From: Lama glama
Lineage: Eukaryota
Length of the DNA stretch: 64,000 nt
Reading direction: 5' to 3'
Assembly (NCBI GenBank): GCA_028534125.1
Contig: CM052816.1
Coordinates: 16,742,001 to 16,806,000 of the forward strand
The position numbers were made by a program, and so were the translations under genes. Below the pieces are notes generated by a model, which had not been told where the DNA came from, did not search any database, and was given only the letters and a program-made list of their open reading frames with translations. Of the stretch, positions 1 to 12,993 are shown piece by piece. Each line of letters opens with the position of its first letter. The stretch's first letter is position 1.

Positions 1-439
1 AGTCTGACTTCTGAAGCCACAGCAGAAGCTGGGGCAGAGTGTGGGATAAAGGCTGGGTTCTGACAGGGGTCTGCTTACGTGGGGCCTAGTCTGCTTGGCA
101 CAGGAAGAGGACCCTAGGGGACAAGGAGGATGGGCCCCCAGGTTGAGAGGGAAAGGAACGGCTCAGTGGGGGCCTCTACAGAGGGCCCTGAGGGGTGAAG
201 GAGCCCAGCCCAGGGGCAGGACAGGAATGCAAGGAGGAGAGAAGAGAGGATGGAGGACAGAGGAAGAGGTGAGAGGCCCCTCAAAGCCCTATTCTCTTGT
301 GGGCTGGGATCCTCTGAGGCTCAGAGGGAGGGAGGGCTGAAAGGGGGAAAGGGCCAGCTGGCTGTGGGGCTGAAGGTGGGGGGAGATCAGTGCTGGAGGG
401 AAAGGCCTTTACTCAAAATCTCCCAGCCCTAGACTGAGA

Positions 440-488
440 AACACACACACACATAAACACACACACACACACACACGCACTCACACAC
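440..488. repeat. Imperfect (CA)n microsatellite in REEP2 3' UTR
   Basis: acacacacacacataaacacacacacacacacacgcactcacacac read directly. Confidence 0.95.
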
Positions 489-1081
489 TCCTGGAACCCC
501 ACCTCTTTTCAGTGGGCACATGCAGCACACAGCCCAACTCAACGCCCCCAGCTGCAGCTCTGGCCTGGCTCACCTAGTCATTGAAGCACACACTAAGCCC
601 TGTCCTCCATTCACAGCTTCAGCCGGAGCCCCTGCCCAGGTTCCCTGAGGCCTTCCCCACTCCCTCCCTCTTTCCGGTGCCTTCAGGCCTGTCTCTGGTC
701 AATCTGGGCTGTGACTGGCCCCTGGACCTGGACTCAGGGAGAGCAGTGGGGGCCACATTAGGACTTCAGGGAGTTCAGGGAGGGGGATGGCCATGGTCTT
801 CAGCAAGGCACTGGGTGGGCGGGGGCAGGGCTGGAGCGGGGAGAGTAGCGTTCAGGCTCTGAGGAGCCTGCATCTCCTTGGCTGGCCCAGTCCTCAGCTC
901 CTGGTCCAGCCTCTACCCTCAACCCCCACAGCAGGGCCTCCCTCCTCTTTTCCAAGCCCTTCCAGAGGAGTGGCCACTGGGCAGGCACCAGAAACAGCCA
1001 TCTGAGAGGTCCTGGGGCCTGAGGCGCGAGGGCTACTGGCACAGTGTGGAGCCGGGGCTCTGCAGCCTGGGGGCTGGGACC

Positions 1082-1150
1082 TCAAGCTGAGTCGCCCCCT
1101 GCAGAGGTCTTCTTCTTGGGCCGGGTCTTCAGCGTCTTGGAGGCCAGTGG
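1082..1150 (-). CDS. REEP2: REEP2 exon 8 (last coding exon)
   Basis: CAG acceptor; PLASKTLKTRPKKKTSAGGDSA then TGA at 1084-1082; 69 nt; total CDS 765 nt = 254 aa + stop. Confidence 0.95.
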   Translation of the reverse strand, partial: PLASKTLKTRPKKKTSAGGDSA

Positions 1151-1235
1151 CTGTGGGAAGGACAGAGGAAGACAGAGGGCTCAGCCTGGAGCCACAGTCC
1201 CTCCCCATTTCCCCATGCTCTGGCATGGCTCTCAC

Positions 1236-1366
1236 CTCAGCTTTGGGCACTTTTTTGATGGATTTGACCCTCTTGGTGGCTTTGTCTCCTGTATCATCCT
1301 CAGAGATCTCTGTCCGGGGGTCTCCCTGGTTTGTGCCTGACCTTAAACTCAGGGCAGGGTCATCTC
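1236..1366 (-). CDS. REEP2: REEP2 exon 7
   Basis: CAG/GTGAGA; 131 nt; DDPALSLRSGTNQGDPRTEISEDDTGDKATKRVKSIKKVPKAE. Confidence 0.95.
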
Positions 1367-1466
1367 CTGGTTGGGGGAAGAAAGGAGAACAGGGGTGTCT
1401 GGGTGTCTTTCTCACCTGGCCTCCTTGCCCTCATGCCCTTCTGCCCATCCCTGGGCCCATCTGTAC

Positions 1467-1614
1467 CTAAGTCCTCAATGGTGTCCAGAAGGCTGCCGGG
1501 GCTGGGTCTGAGGCGGCCGTCAGGACCCTGCAGGGGCAGGGCATCTTCATCCCGGATCAGGGTCAGGTCCTGCATGCTGAAGCTTCGGAGCTTCTCTGAC
1601 AGCACCCCCTGGCC
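1467..1614 (-). CDS. REEP2: REEP2 exon 6 (alternative acceptor at 1608)
   Basis: TAG/GTACAG; 148 nt; GQGVLSEKLRSFSMQDLTLIRDEDALPLQ... Confidence 0.93.
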
Positions 1615-1964
1615 CTAGGGTCACCACCACGCACCGGGAGAACCGGAGAAAGGGGCGGGGTGGAGATAGAGGTCACCGTGGGGCACTAGGCAGCCACTGG
1701 GCTCAGTGCTCTCCCTGCAGTGTCCTCACCCTGTCCTATGGGGTGACAGCCTGGGGCCATGCTTTCCCTTTGGACAGATGAGGAAACTGGCTCAGGGTGT
1801 AAGTCACTTAGTGGAGGGTGTTAGAGGCAAGACTGGAAGGAACCCCGAGCTCCACAAGCCCCCAAACTTCACAGACCCAAGGACAGGGTGGATGCTATGG
1901 GGCCTGGCCAGGGGGACAAGATGAGCCAGGTGGGGCCCTGGGAGCTGAGTCTGTACCATCTCAC

Positions 1965-2078
1965 CTTGGCAGCAGCCGTAACCGCGGCATTGGCAGCCAG
2001 GTTCAGACCCCTCTTGCCCACCCTCATCATGGTCTCATAGCTCTTGTCGCGGGCCTGTGTGATGTACTCATCGATTTC
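1965..2078 (-). CDS. REEP2: REEP2 exon 5
   Basis: CAG/GTGAGA; 114 nt; [38 protein letters not shown]. Confidence 0.96.
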
Positions 2079-2299
2079 CTGAGGGGTTGGAGGGGAAGGA
2101 GGAAGAGGTGAGGGGTAGGCCCTGCTGGCCAGGCCCTGCCCTGCTCTGGTTCATGCCTGGACAAAGGCACTGCCTGCCCCCAGGATGCCAGAGATCTGCT
2201 GGGTCACCCACAGGGCGAGCCATGAATGCACATGGCTGCAGGCATTGGGCTGCCTTGACCTGGGGCAGGTGGGAGGCGAACTTCCTTGTCCCAACAAAC

Positions 2300-2420
2300 C
2301 TTCTCCTTGTTGGACAGTGTTGGGTGCACGAACTTGCGGTAGAGCACACTGGAGCCCTTGGTATAAGGGGACAGCAGCCATATCACAAAGGCGATCTTGA
2401 GCTCAAAGTAGAAGGGGAAC
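2300..2420 (-). CDS. REEP2: REEP2 exon 4
   Basis: CAG/GTTTGT; 121 nt; [40 protein letters not shown] (TB2/DP1/HVA22 domain). Confidence 0.97.
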
Positions 2421-3611
2421 CTGTTGGGGGAAGAGAGGCAAGCGGCGGAGCTCGGGGCAGGGAGACAGGAGGTGTGCTGACCCTCTGACCTTGGCTGGCC
2501 CCCCACACATGAGAGGTCCCCATGTGGCTCAGGAGACTAGTCAAGGGGAGACTCAGCTGAGACTCCAAGTGGGAAGGTGAGAGGCAGCCCCGGCAGGAAC
2601 TCCCCGCAGCAGCGGCTCTCCTCACCCTCCTCTCTCTCCGAGTCCCAGCCCTCTCACACTGACAGAAGACCCCTACTCCTCTGTCCTGGGGTCAACACCA
2701 AGGTGAGCTCCCTAAACTTCTAGGTCCACTCTTGGGTCCTTACCCTCTTCCCTTGCACCCATGGAGAAGAGGTGGGCTTCTCTAGTTGTGCTCTGATCCA
2801 CCCCTTGCTGCCATGACATGCCCCTTACTTTTAAGGACCATTCTTCACTCCCCATGGCTTCTTCTCAGGCCACAGACTCCTTTTGGCCTCCTCCATCCTC
2901 ATGAAGCCTTCATCAAAGCTCCCTCCTTTGCTTGTGTCAAAAGGCATCTACACTCACTAGTCTCAATTTTTAACCCATTCCTCTTTCTTAAGCTGACCCC
3001 ACTCAACTTCCTTAGCTAAAACTATTTTTCTCAATGGCCATAGGCCCTTGTCATCTATAAAGGCAAGGATCTTTTGTCCTCTACCTCTCTGTAAAACTCT
3101 CTTCTGACCTCCAATGTACTGTGTTGTGTTAGTCCTCTCTTCCCAGAGGCATTTGCTCACTCAAACGTTTTGAGTGCCTGCTGTGAATATGTAGATGACT
3201 AGGACATTCTGTGTCCTGTGCATATACATAGTCTAGTAGTGCCTGGAAAATGCCTTTGCAATGTAAGCATCCAATGTTTGTAAGATTGACTCGTATGTCT
3301 ATTTTAAAAATAGGGAAACTGAGGCCTAGAGAACTATGACCTGCCCAAGGTCATAGTAAGTCTGGCAGCAGTTTTCCTGAATTCTATTTTGGTGCCTTGA
3401 CCGCCACAAGAAAGAAATGTGAGGGTTATGCCTGTTTTTATTCTGCTGATTAAGCCAGGCCTGGATGGGAGGTGGAGGAAGGGGACATCTAGAACCCCGT
3501 GTAACTGTTGGGGGATTCCACCCTGGATCTCAGTCTTCTGTTTTGCTGGCTGTGCAGAAAAAGTCAGAGGCTCTGGCCCCTGAGATGCAGGGAGAGGATG
3601 CTGGACCTCAC

Positions 3612-3688
3612 CAGGAGAGCACAATATCTGTGAGTGTCTCGGCCGTGGTGAAGAAGGCAAAGACGATCCAGTACATCATCCATTTCAC
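3612..3688 (-). CDS. REEP2: REEP2 exon 3
   Basis: CAG/GTGAGG; 77 nt; [25 protein letters not shown]. Confidence 0.97.
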
Positions 3689-3976
3689 CTGAAGGTACAG
3701 AAGGTGGTGTTGGCTGGGGCCTCTGTGGAACACCCAGGACCCCACCTCTGCCTGCCAAACATGCTGGAGGTGCCGCAGGGGACACTCAGGACCTCAGCTT
3801 TGCCTGCACATCACACCAGGGCTGGGGAAAAGGAACACACAGGAACCTCCCTTGAACCAGGTCTCATTAGTGCTGACAGTCTTAGTACAGAGTCACCCCC
3901 ATCTTTCATGTGACCCACTGTCCTCCCCAATCTCTACCGTGTGGGTTGGGTGGGAGATGGAGAGTCATACACTCAC

Positions 3977-4049
3977 ATATTCCTTCACGTTTTTTGTCTT
4001 CACCGCCTTGTAGGAAGAGTAGGCTGGGTACAGGGTGCCAAAGATGAGC
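3977..4049 (-). CDS. REEP2: REEP2 exon 2
   Basis: TAG/GTGAGT; 73 nt; [24 protein letters not shown]. Confidence 0.97.
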
Positions 4050-5839
4050 CTAGGAAGGCAGGCATGGTTACTGGGCCCCTCGGCCAAGAGCAGTGGCCTC
4101 TCCCTCCCAGCTCGTCATTAGTCCCTGAGTAGGTAAGGGGAGAATGGACAGAACTCCAGAGTGCCATATCAGCTGGACTGATGAACTCAGGTGAAAGCAG
4201 TCAAGCCTGAGGTGATACACATGCATGGAGACCCCAACCAGCTATGGTGATGCCCTATACCCCTTTATTGTTCAGTTTTCCTCCAGCCCCTGAGGTATAG
4301 AAAGACCCAGAGGCCAGAGGGTCCAATGTGGCCTCTTTAGCCCTGATCCTTAGTTACGCATAAACACATCATGGGAAATGGGGGGGGGGTTCCTGATCAC
4401 TGCATGGTGGGGTGTCTTCCTTCTCCAGACATCATGCCCATTTGTACCGATCTGCCCTTACCCTCTACCTCCCTGTCTCAGAGCCAAGCTGGGTAGGGCC
4501 AGGTCTGCAAGCGAAGCTGACACTGCCTAACAGGGCACTCTGCCTGGCAGTCAGAGGTACCATTGTAGCCCTGGGGACCTGGGGAGCAGAGGGCACAGGG
4601 GCAGGAGGCCCTGAGAGGGGCAAAGAGGTTCATTCCCCCATGTAAACACTCTTGGGACCAGGCTCAGGGGAGTGCCTTGGGCTTGAGGCCCTGGCTCAAG
4701 CCTGGAGTCTGGTGGTGGTCCTACTAGAGACCACAAGTGGGACACGAGGGAACGAGAGGACCGATGCCCCTCAGGAGCTCATCCAGACTACAGAGAAGCA
4801 GCCACTCTGAAGGCCACATGGAGGATTCCCTCTGGGGTAGAATGGTGGAGAGGCAGGAGGGAGACTCCTGTGGGTCTAGAGGAAGCCAGAACATAAGCAC
4901 ATGACAGCATTGAATGGGGAGATGACAGCAGGGAGGGGATTCTTTGGTGTCAGTTCCCTAGAGTGGAGGCTGAGGGGCAGAGGTTGGCTAGGGCCCATGT
5001 GGAGCCCCTGCCAGGCCCAGCCCCTTGACAATGTGTGGGTACTGCCTGTTGTCACATGGATTTGCCTCACTGAGGCAGGATACTTCTGGAACGGCCTGTG
5101 GAAACGGGGTGGAGGGTGGAATACTCAAGGACAAAGTCTGGGGTTGTGGGAGCAGGGTTTCCTCCTGGAGCCTGGGGAAGGTGGGAGGGACATAGCTAGT
5201 GGCCTGGAATGAAGGCCACCTAACACCCTCCCCTCTACAGATTTCACAGCTCCAGTCAGAGCACACACACCCCCTCCCAGTTACCTCCCACACTTCGTCC
5301 TCTAGGCATCTCAGCTGCAGATACCCTGTTTTCCTTGGGAGGCCTTCAGAGCATGTGCCCTTATCCCCAGTCTCCTGACAGTGGAAGACAGAGGGGAAAT
5401 CCACCCCTCTGGGGAGGCCAAGGCTGCCATGGCCCGAAGCTATGGAATGAAGAGGCCCTGCCTTGCTCACGGGCTCTTCCATTAGACCTCTCCCTCAGGG
5501 AGATGAGGGCCCAGGTCTAAGGAGCTCCTCCAGCACTGATCTGCTACGTGGGGGAAGGGACGTGCACCTCCCCTCATAAACCAAGCCATGCTGCCCAGTC
5601 CCTGGGATGAGGGAGGGAGAAGGAGCAGAGAATTAAAAATAAAAGGGGTGGGAAGCCAGGCCTGCCATGCTTCTCTAATATTCCCCTCTCCAGTCCTGGG
5701 TTCCACATCTCCATGGCTCTGGGGACCCCAAAGAGGGACCTTGTGGTTTAGGTGACTCTGCTGTATGAGGCCACAGAATGGTCCATCTGGGTTTCAATAC
5801 TTCTCACCCTTCATTCCTAACCCCCATCCCCCTCCCAAC

Positions 5840-6175
5840 CGGCCGCACCCCACCGTCGCCACACTCACACCACCAGGCGAGAGATGATCCAGGACACCAT
5901 GGCGGGGCCAGGCGGGGCGCGGGGCGGGGACCCGGCCCAGGGCCGAAGATGCAGCTGCTGGAGGTTGAGCGGCGGCGGCAGCAGGAGCCGCAGTAGCAGC
6001 AGCACCCGCAGCAGCAGCCGCCGCGGGGGCCGCGGAGCGCCGAGCCGCCGCCGTTAAAGGGGAGGTTCTTGCCGCAGCGGCGGGCCGTGGGCGGCGGCGG
6101 CTCTTAAAGGGGAGGCCGCGGCGGCGGCGGCGGCGCGCCCCCCTGCACCTGCTGTCGGGGCATGCGCCTTTGACC
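5840..6175 (-). promoter_or_regulatory. CpG island: REEP2 promoter and 5' UTR
   Basis: Dense CpG and GCC/GCA triplets, GC boxes (GGGGCGCGGGGCGGG), NRF1-like GGGCATGCGC at 6158-6167. Confidence 0.85.
5869..5900 (-). CDS. REEP2: REEP2 exon 1 coding part
   Basis: Kozak CCCGCCATGG; MVSWIISRLVV, the REEP1-4 N-terminus; GTGAGT donor; 32 nt. Confidence 0.97.
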
Positions 6176-6344
6176 CTCAGTACCCTACCTTCCTCTAATC
6201 GCTTGTTCACCTTTCTTGGGTTTGAAACCTTGGGCTGAGGTCCTCAGGAGCCCTACATGGTTTCATCCTGACACCCCAGCCCACATCCTAGCCCTCCTCC
6301 TACTTTGCCCACATCAGGCTGAAAGACTTAAACATCCAACGAGG

Positions 6345-6560
6345 AATAATAGCTAGGTCATATTGAGTACTTACTGCATGCCAGGCCCTCTGCTAAGAGC
6401 TTCACATGCGTTCACTCACCAATCTATAAGGCAGGGGTTATAATTATCCTCATTTTGAAGATAAGAAAATGGGAAGCTTAGAGAGGTTCAATAATTTGCC
6501 AAGGTCCACGAAACCACTAAGTCATGCTGCTAAGATATAAACTCAGGAAGTCTTACTTTA
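6345..6560 (-). mobile_element. MIR SINE
   Basis: MIR-like core (attatcctcattttgaagataagaaaatggg...gagaggttcaataatttgccaaggtc). Confidence 0.7.
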
Positions 6561-7293
6561 AACAGGGCTACGTCCACCAACTGCTAACTAGCAAACCCTC
6601 CTCCTTCATCGCAGGATGCCAAGACACCCACCTAGGAACTCCTGAAGCCAAAGGGTACAGGGGCATCTGCCATGCCACCCCATCTCAGCCGTCACTAATC
6701 ACTCCAGTTGGAAGAGGACCACACCCAATCTAATCTGCATTTTCAGATTGTCAGTTCCTAAGCTTTGTAGGGGAACAGCACTCTCAAGGTAGGTACCCTG
6801 TGGCAGGGGAATCATCCTCTTCCTAAGGAGGGGCTGCCTCGGGTCTAGGTAGGAGATGGATCCAGAGGCTCCAGTTTCACCCCCGTCAGCAAGCACTGGC
6901 GGCAGTGAATGCCCTAATTCTGAAGACATTTATATCCAGAATGTAGGCTAGCCTGCCTCCTGATTTTCACTGAAGCAACAAAACTCCAGCAATCTCTGCA
7001 ACCCCCCTCCCCCATCGCTTTCCTTTCCTGTCCCATTTCAAAGCTTCTGCATTCTTTATGTGGAGGTGTAATCCTCTGGTGATCACAGCATCCACCCGTG
7101 CCCATCCAGGCTGAAAGGACATGTTCAGAACTCTGTATTTCAGTTATGGTCCTATTCAAACTCAGTATCCTTGAACCACACAATGGTCTATTTCCATCCT
7201 GAAAATTGTATTTCCAAGCTCAAACACTTTGGAAGATGTTTTCCCAATAGGATTCAGGGAAGCAGCCTCTGATGACCCCTCTTGCTATTCTTT

Positions 7294-7353
7294 CTTTCTT
7301 TCTTTTTTAACATTTTTTATTGATTTATAATCATTTTACAATGTTGTGTCAAA
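7294..7353 (-). mobile_element. Very short L1 3' end with TSD
   Basis: T-tail plus cattttacaatgttgtgtcaa, flanked by ctattcttt at 7285 and 7354. Confidence 0.7.
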
Positions 7354-7994
7354 CTATTCTTTACAACTTCCTCTTCAAAAGGCCTTTCTTCTAATTGGAA
7401 CATAGCCTGTCCTTGCCCCTCAGGCCACTTTTAATCGCTTCTTGATAAACAAGAATAAATCTCATCTGGGTCTTCTTCCACTAACTCGGAGGCAGATCTA
7501 CAGCTACATTTTTTCATATGTAGCCAGGCCTCCTATTTTGAGGAACCTCACCAATGACTGCCCAAAACCTTGCTCAGGCCATTCCCCAAGGCTTTTTCCC
7601 CTCTGACGGCTCCAGGAAGGTAGGTACCCACCCACTTTCCTATCTATAGTGCATAAACTATAGAAAGCCCATCTTTGCTCCTACCCTCTGATACATGTAG
7701 TACCTTCCCCTCACCCCCAAGGCCTCAAACCACAATGACTTGGCACTTCCTTCTCCCATATGGGCACAAATTCAGGAAGCAAAGAATAAAAATTGGATGC
7801 AGCAATGTAACGATGATATGAAAATGAACCATTCTCCACCCTCAACCCCGCCTTAAACCTGGCCCTGCTTTTTAGAATGGCTGGCATAAGGAAGAATTTA
7901 CTCCACTCCAAACAGATTTGTTAGATTTTTAATAAGAACATGGAAATCCCAATCAGCCCTTCAACAAAATTAAAATACAGAAAGTGAAATTAAA

Positions 7995-9259
7995 AGTATT
8001 CTACAGTAAATGACTTTTATTAAAAAAAAAAAAAAGTAACTGTGAACATATAAACAAGCCTGCAGGGCACTACAGTACAGCCAGGAAGAAGATAGATACA
8101 TTTTCCAATGTACCCATGGGCCAATGAATCCCATCATTTTCAAATAAATTCTTAATAAAACTCCACTGAGTTGGAAAGTTTTGCTGAAAATATTTCTAGA
8201 CCAAAACCTCCCCAAAACAAAAAGCCTCATGTAGGAAAGAAAACTTTCCTTTGCGTTTGGAACTGTAAGAGGAGTCCCAAGGGAACGCTGGTAGTAGGTG
8301 AAAATGGTTCCTGGAGTCACCAGTGTGTGTATGCATGGAACACACCACAGCTCAGACATGACAAAGTTCTCAAGACAGCTGTTCCCTCAAGATAGGACTG
8401 AGATGGGAGGGGGAGAAATTAAAAGAATCCTAAAAAGCCAATCCTTTTAAATTCTGCTTTGGCTGATTTTTGTGCTATAATGGGCAGTTGATTTCTAAAA
8501 ATCTTATTTCTTCAAAGAGTTTTATCGAAAGGAAGACTAAATGTAATGTGCCTCTCCTCATAATCCAGGAAAACAACTGTGGTATTTCAAAAATTCTAAA
8601 AATATCTACTTTCATGAAATAGTAACTATTTCACTACAAACCTATTTTTCACTAAATACACACGTTTCCTAATCCTGGAGCCTCCTGGGAAAAGCAGTGG
8701 ATTCTCCCTGGGTCCCGCAAGACTCCAGTGCTCATGGGAGAGACGGTTGGGAATGGCTTCACCCTGCTCCCGGGATGGGCTGTGTCAGAGGTCGTGTGCA
8801 GAGACACTGTCAGGCTTCCACTAGGCATGTTTAAGCAATTAGCCTCCACTTGTACCAGTTATGTGATTCCCCCTACCTCCAAACACATTCCCACCTAACT
8901 AGGCACGAGAGAAAACAAAAAGAAAGGTGTGCCCACATTCCTGGTTTCCATGAATCTCAAATCACGAGAACGTGCAGGAAAGCCCAGCGATGTTCAGGCA
9001 ATTCAGAGTCCCAAAAGGCCACAGGATGGGGATGTGGCACCCTCGGCTTGGAGTCTGAAACTGTGTGTGAACAGTGCAACTTTCCTGTGTCAACCTTCAG
9101 TGTTGAGGCAGCATAGAAAAGAGTGACTGGAGAGTTTGTAATACTGACCACACTGGCTCCAAGTGAAGGACCTCTGCTCCAGCAGAGAACCCTGCCGTTC
9201 TCTGTATGTGTTGTGAGTAAAAGACCTGCTTCACAGGGGAGTTTGGAATTTCTCCACAC
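7995..9259 (-). other. KDM3B: KDM3B 3' UTR (end approximate)
   Basis: Lies between the stop codon (9260) and AATAAA (8021-8016); repeat-free. Confidence 0.75.
8016..8021 (-). terminator. KDM3B polyadenylation signal AATAAA
   Basis: tttatt on the + strand, preceded in the transcript by a U-run and followed by U-rich sequence; second candidate ATTAAA at 7933-7928. Confidence 0.75.
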
Positions 9260-9367
<108 letters not shown>

Positions 9368-9654
9368 TCATGGCAGCCACATACTGTGTTCTGCAATTGA
9401 AAATTATGTTCTACACTGACTAAAAACCTACTGATTAGTGAGGAAAGCCCTCAACCAGGACTGTGTGCTTCCCAAATCAATCCCAAAGATGGTTTACAAA
9501 GTCACACAGGATATGTAGTCTATATTTTAAAATGGATGATGAAATCATTTGAAAGGCTATATAATCACCATCCTCTGTGTGCTTACTATGTGCTGTGCAC
9601 TATTGCTAAGCTCTTTATGTGGATCTTTTTTTTAAAGCTTGGGAACATGATTAT

Positions 9655-10100
9655 ATTAAAATATTTTTTTTCATTTTTAAAAAATTGAAGTATAGTCATT
9701 TTACAATGTTGTGTCAACTTCTGGTGTACAGCATAACAGTTCAGTCATACATATTACATACATATATTTGTTTTCATATTCTTTTTCATTATAGGTTACT
9801 ACAAGATACTGAATATAGTTCCCTGTGCTATATAGTATAAACTTATTGTTTATTTTATATATAGTAGTTAGTATCTGTAAATCTCAAATCCAAATTTACC
9901 CCTTCCCACCCCAGTATCCATAAGTTTGTTTTCTATGTCTGTGAGTCTGTTTCTGTTTTGTAAATGAGTTCACTTGTCTTTTTCTTAGATTCCACACATA
10001 AATGATACCATATGGTAATTTTCTTTCTCTTTCTGGCTTATTTCACTTAGAATTGCAATCTCCAGGTCCATCCATGTTGCTGCAAATGGCATTATTTTAT
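9655..10100 (-). mobile_element. L1 3' end, inserted in a MIR
   Basis: ttgaagtatagtcattttacaatgttgtgtcaa...tccatccatgttgctgcaaatggcatt is a typical L1 3' UTR/ORF2 end; MIR-like flanks. Confidence 0.85.
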
Positions 10101-11631
10101 TTGGACTTTCATTCAATCCTTATGAGGAAGAAGATTCTATTATTATTCCCATTTTACAGATGAGAGGTGAGGTTCCATGGTTAAGAACCTTGCCTAAGGT
10201 CCTATAGCTAATAAGAATGCACTAAAACAACAGTGGCTGGGTCGGATTTATTGGGTATTTTTCTCTTTTGTGTTTATTTGTATTTTCTAATTTGTCTAAA
10301 AGAAACAAATATAGTGTGTGAAGTAGGAAGACACAATAAAGTTATTAAAATAAAGTGAAAACACTAAAAACAGTTTTAAACCAAGATGGTGATTATTTCT
10401 GAGGAGGTGGGATGGGAAGGTACATGCAGGCTTCAATCATATAGCTGCTGTACACATATATGTTGTATAGGCAGTATGTACATGCTGTTTTACTTCTTAA
10501 GCACACAAGCCCCTTTATACTATTCTCTATTACACTTTTCGTATTAATTCAACAAATACTTACTGAGTATCTACTATGTGTCAGATACTGTGCTAGGGAA
10601 AGGCAGTGAATAAAACAATAAAATCCCTGACTTCATGGAGCTTAAACAGTTTATATTCTAGTAGGGATGGAAACAGATGAAATACATGGTATGTTAGATG
10701 GTAAAAAATACTATAAAAAAAAAAAAGCAGTGACAGAGGATTGGGAGGTGACAGGTTACAAGTAGAGACCTAATGCAGGTGGGATCTGAAATATGTATGC
10801 CTGAATAGTTGCACTAGGACTAAATATCAATGTTATCTATTTATCAGTGTGACTGTACTTTGTATAAAAACTTTATGGTTGAAATGTTCCATAATTTTGA
10901 AAAAGGACAGCAAAACAGATCAGATTCAGGGTTACAGTTGATTAAAATCTACCAGCAACCAAGAAAAGTCTGCAATCTCATTGGTCACTGACCCAAGAAG
11001 ACACACTTGAGCCTCAGGCTTGATGGAGAAAAACAGGCCACACGTGAGAGGCTGGGAGAGTGCCTATTCAGGTTGCTGAAGTTCTGCCTGGGGAATGTTG
11101 GTTACTTATTCTTTGTTCTTTTTATATTACTAAAGCATCCAAGGGTATAAACGATGAAATTCTGCCCTTAAAGTTCCAATCCATTTCTGAGCAGAGGAAA
11201 ACCTAATCTGATTGTTTAGATCTACAAGGGGGAAATAACTGTTAGGGACATGGATTAAAGTCCTTAGCAGAGCTCTAAGGAATTGAGTCTACACAGAAAT
11301 TTGCTCTGAGAAGCAGCTTCCAGGAAACAGGTTTAGAACACACTGCCACAGTGGTTTTCCCATCTGACTAGGGTAGTCAGTCTAGTCAGTTACTAATACT
11401 GAAACACTGTTTATCTTCCAGGAGCAGAGAAATAGAAGACTGTCACACTGTAAGTGATGAGGTTAAAAGATCAGTATTCTCTAAAAGCAAACCTGAAGAG
11501 TACTGATTAAATACTTCCCGGTGGGAGGACTCCATATCCCAGACATGGTTCCCTTAATTATTTCTCTACAGTTACACTGCCTAGATAGTATCTTTAGGAA
11601 ACAGAAATGTGCTTCCTGTGTATGCAGCCTA

Positions 11632-11838
<207 letters not shown>

Positions 11839-12226
11839 TCAGTCATTAGATATTCAATGACACACGGAAACTTCCATCATAAAAAAATTTTACAAATACT
11901 TCTAATATTTCACTTGTATAAAAACAAACGCAGAAAAACTGTAAGTATAAATTTATAAATGAAAATGTTAGTACTGGCACAGAAATGGATCTAGAAAAAT
12001 ACACACCAAACTGTTAACAGTAGGCTCCTTCTGGGGAAGGCAGGATGAAGGGACTGAAAAGGGATATGGCATAGGTAGCTGAGCTGAGACTTTCACCCTT
12101 TCTTTAATAGTCTCCCTTATTTATTTAAACATTTTTAAGTGATCATTTAAAATTACATGGGAGAAAATTAAAAAGCAAAAACTAAGTTGCAGTTTAAGAG
12201 CAGTCTAATTCAGCCATTTATAGCTA

Positions 12227-12484
<258 letters not shown>

Positions 12485-12726
12485 TCATGACCAAAACCCA
12501 AAGATGTAAAAATCAATAAATACATAAAAATTATTAGTAGCATAAATCCAACTTGCTGTAGTAATGTCACTGGTGGGCCAAAGCTTTTACTTCATTCTAT
12601 TCAGTATCCTCTAAAGTGCAGATTCAGCCCTTTGGGTCATTTTGACAAAGGGCACAGGTCTTCAGTGCCATGGGACTCCACAGGAGAAACCCCTGGGCAG
12701 GCTGTCTCAGCATCCCTAGACCCTTA

Positions 12727-12993
<267 letters not shown>

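Noticed and set aside
95..1090. Many short ORFs in the REEP2 3' UTR region
   Set aside because: Expected in GC-rich DNA; no homology or splice support visible.
5794..6210. 138-aa Ala/Arg-rich minus-strand ORF over the REEP2 promoter
   Set aside because: GC-rich CpG-island ORF with a GTG start, out of frame with REEP2; no supporting evidence.
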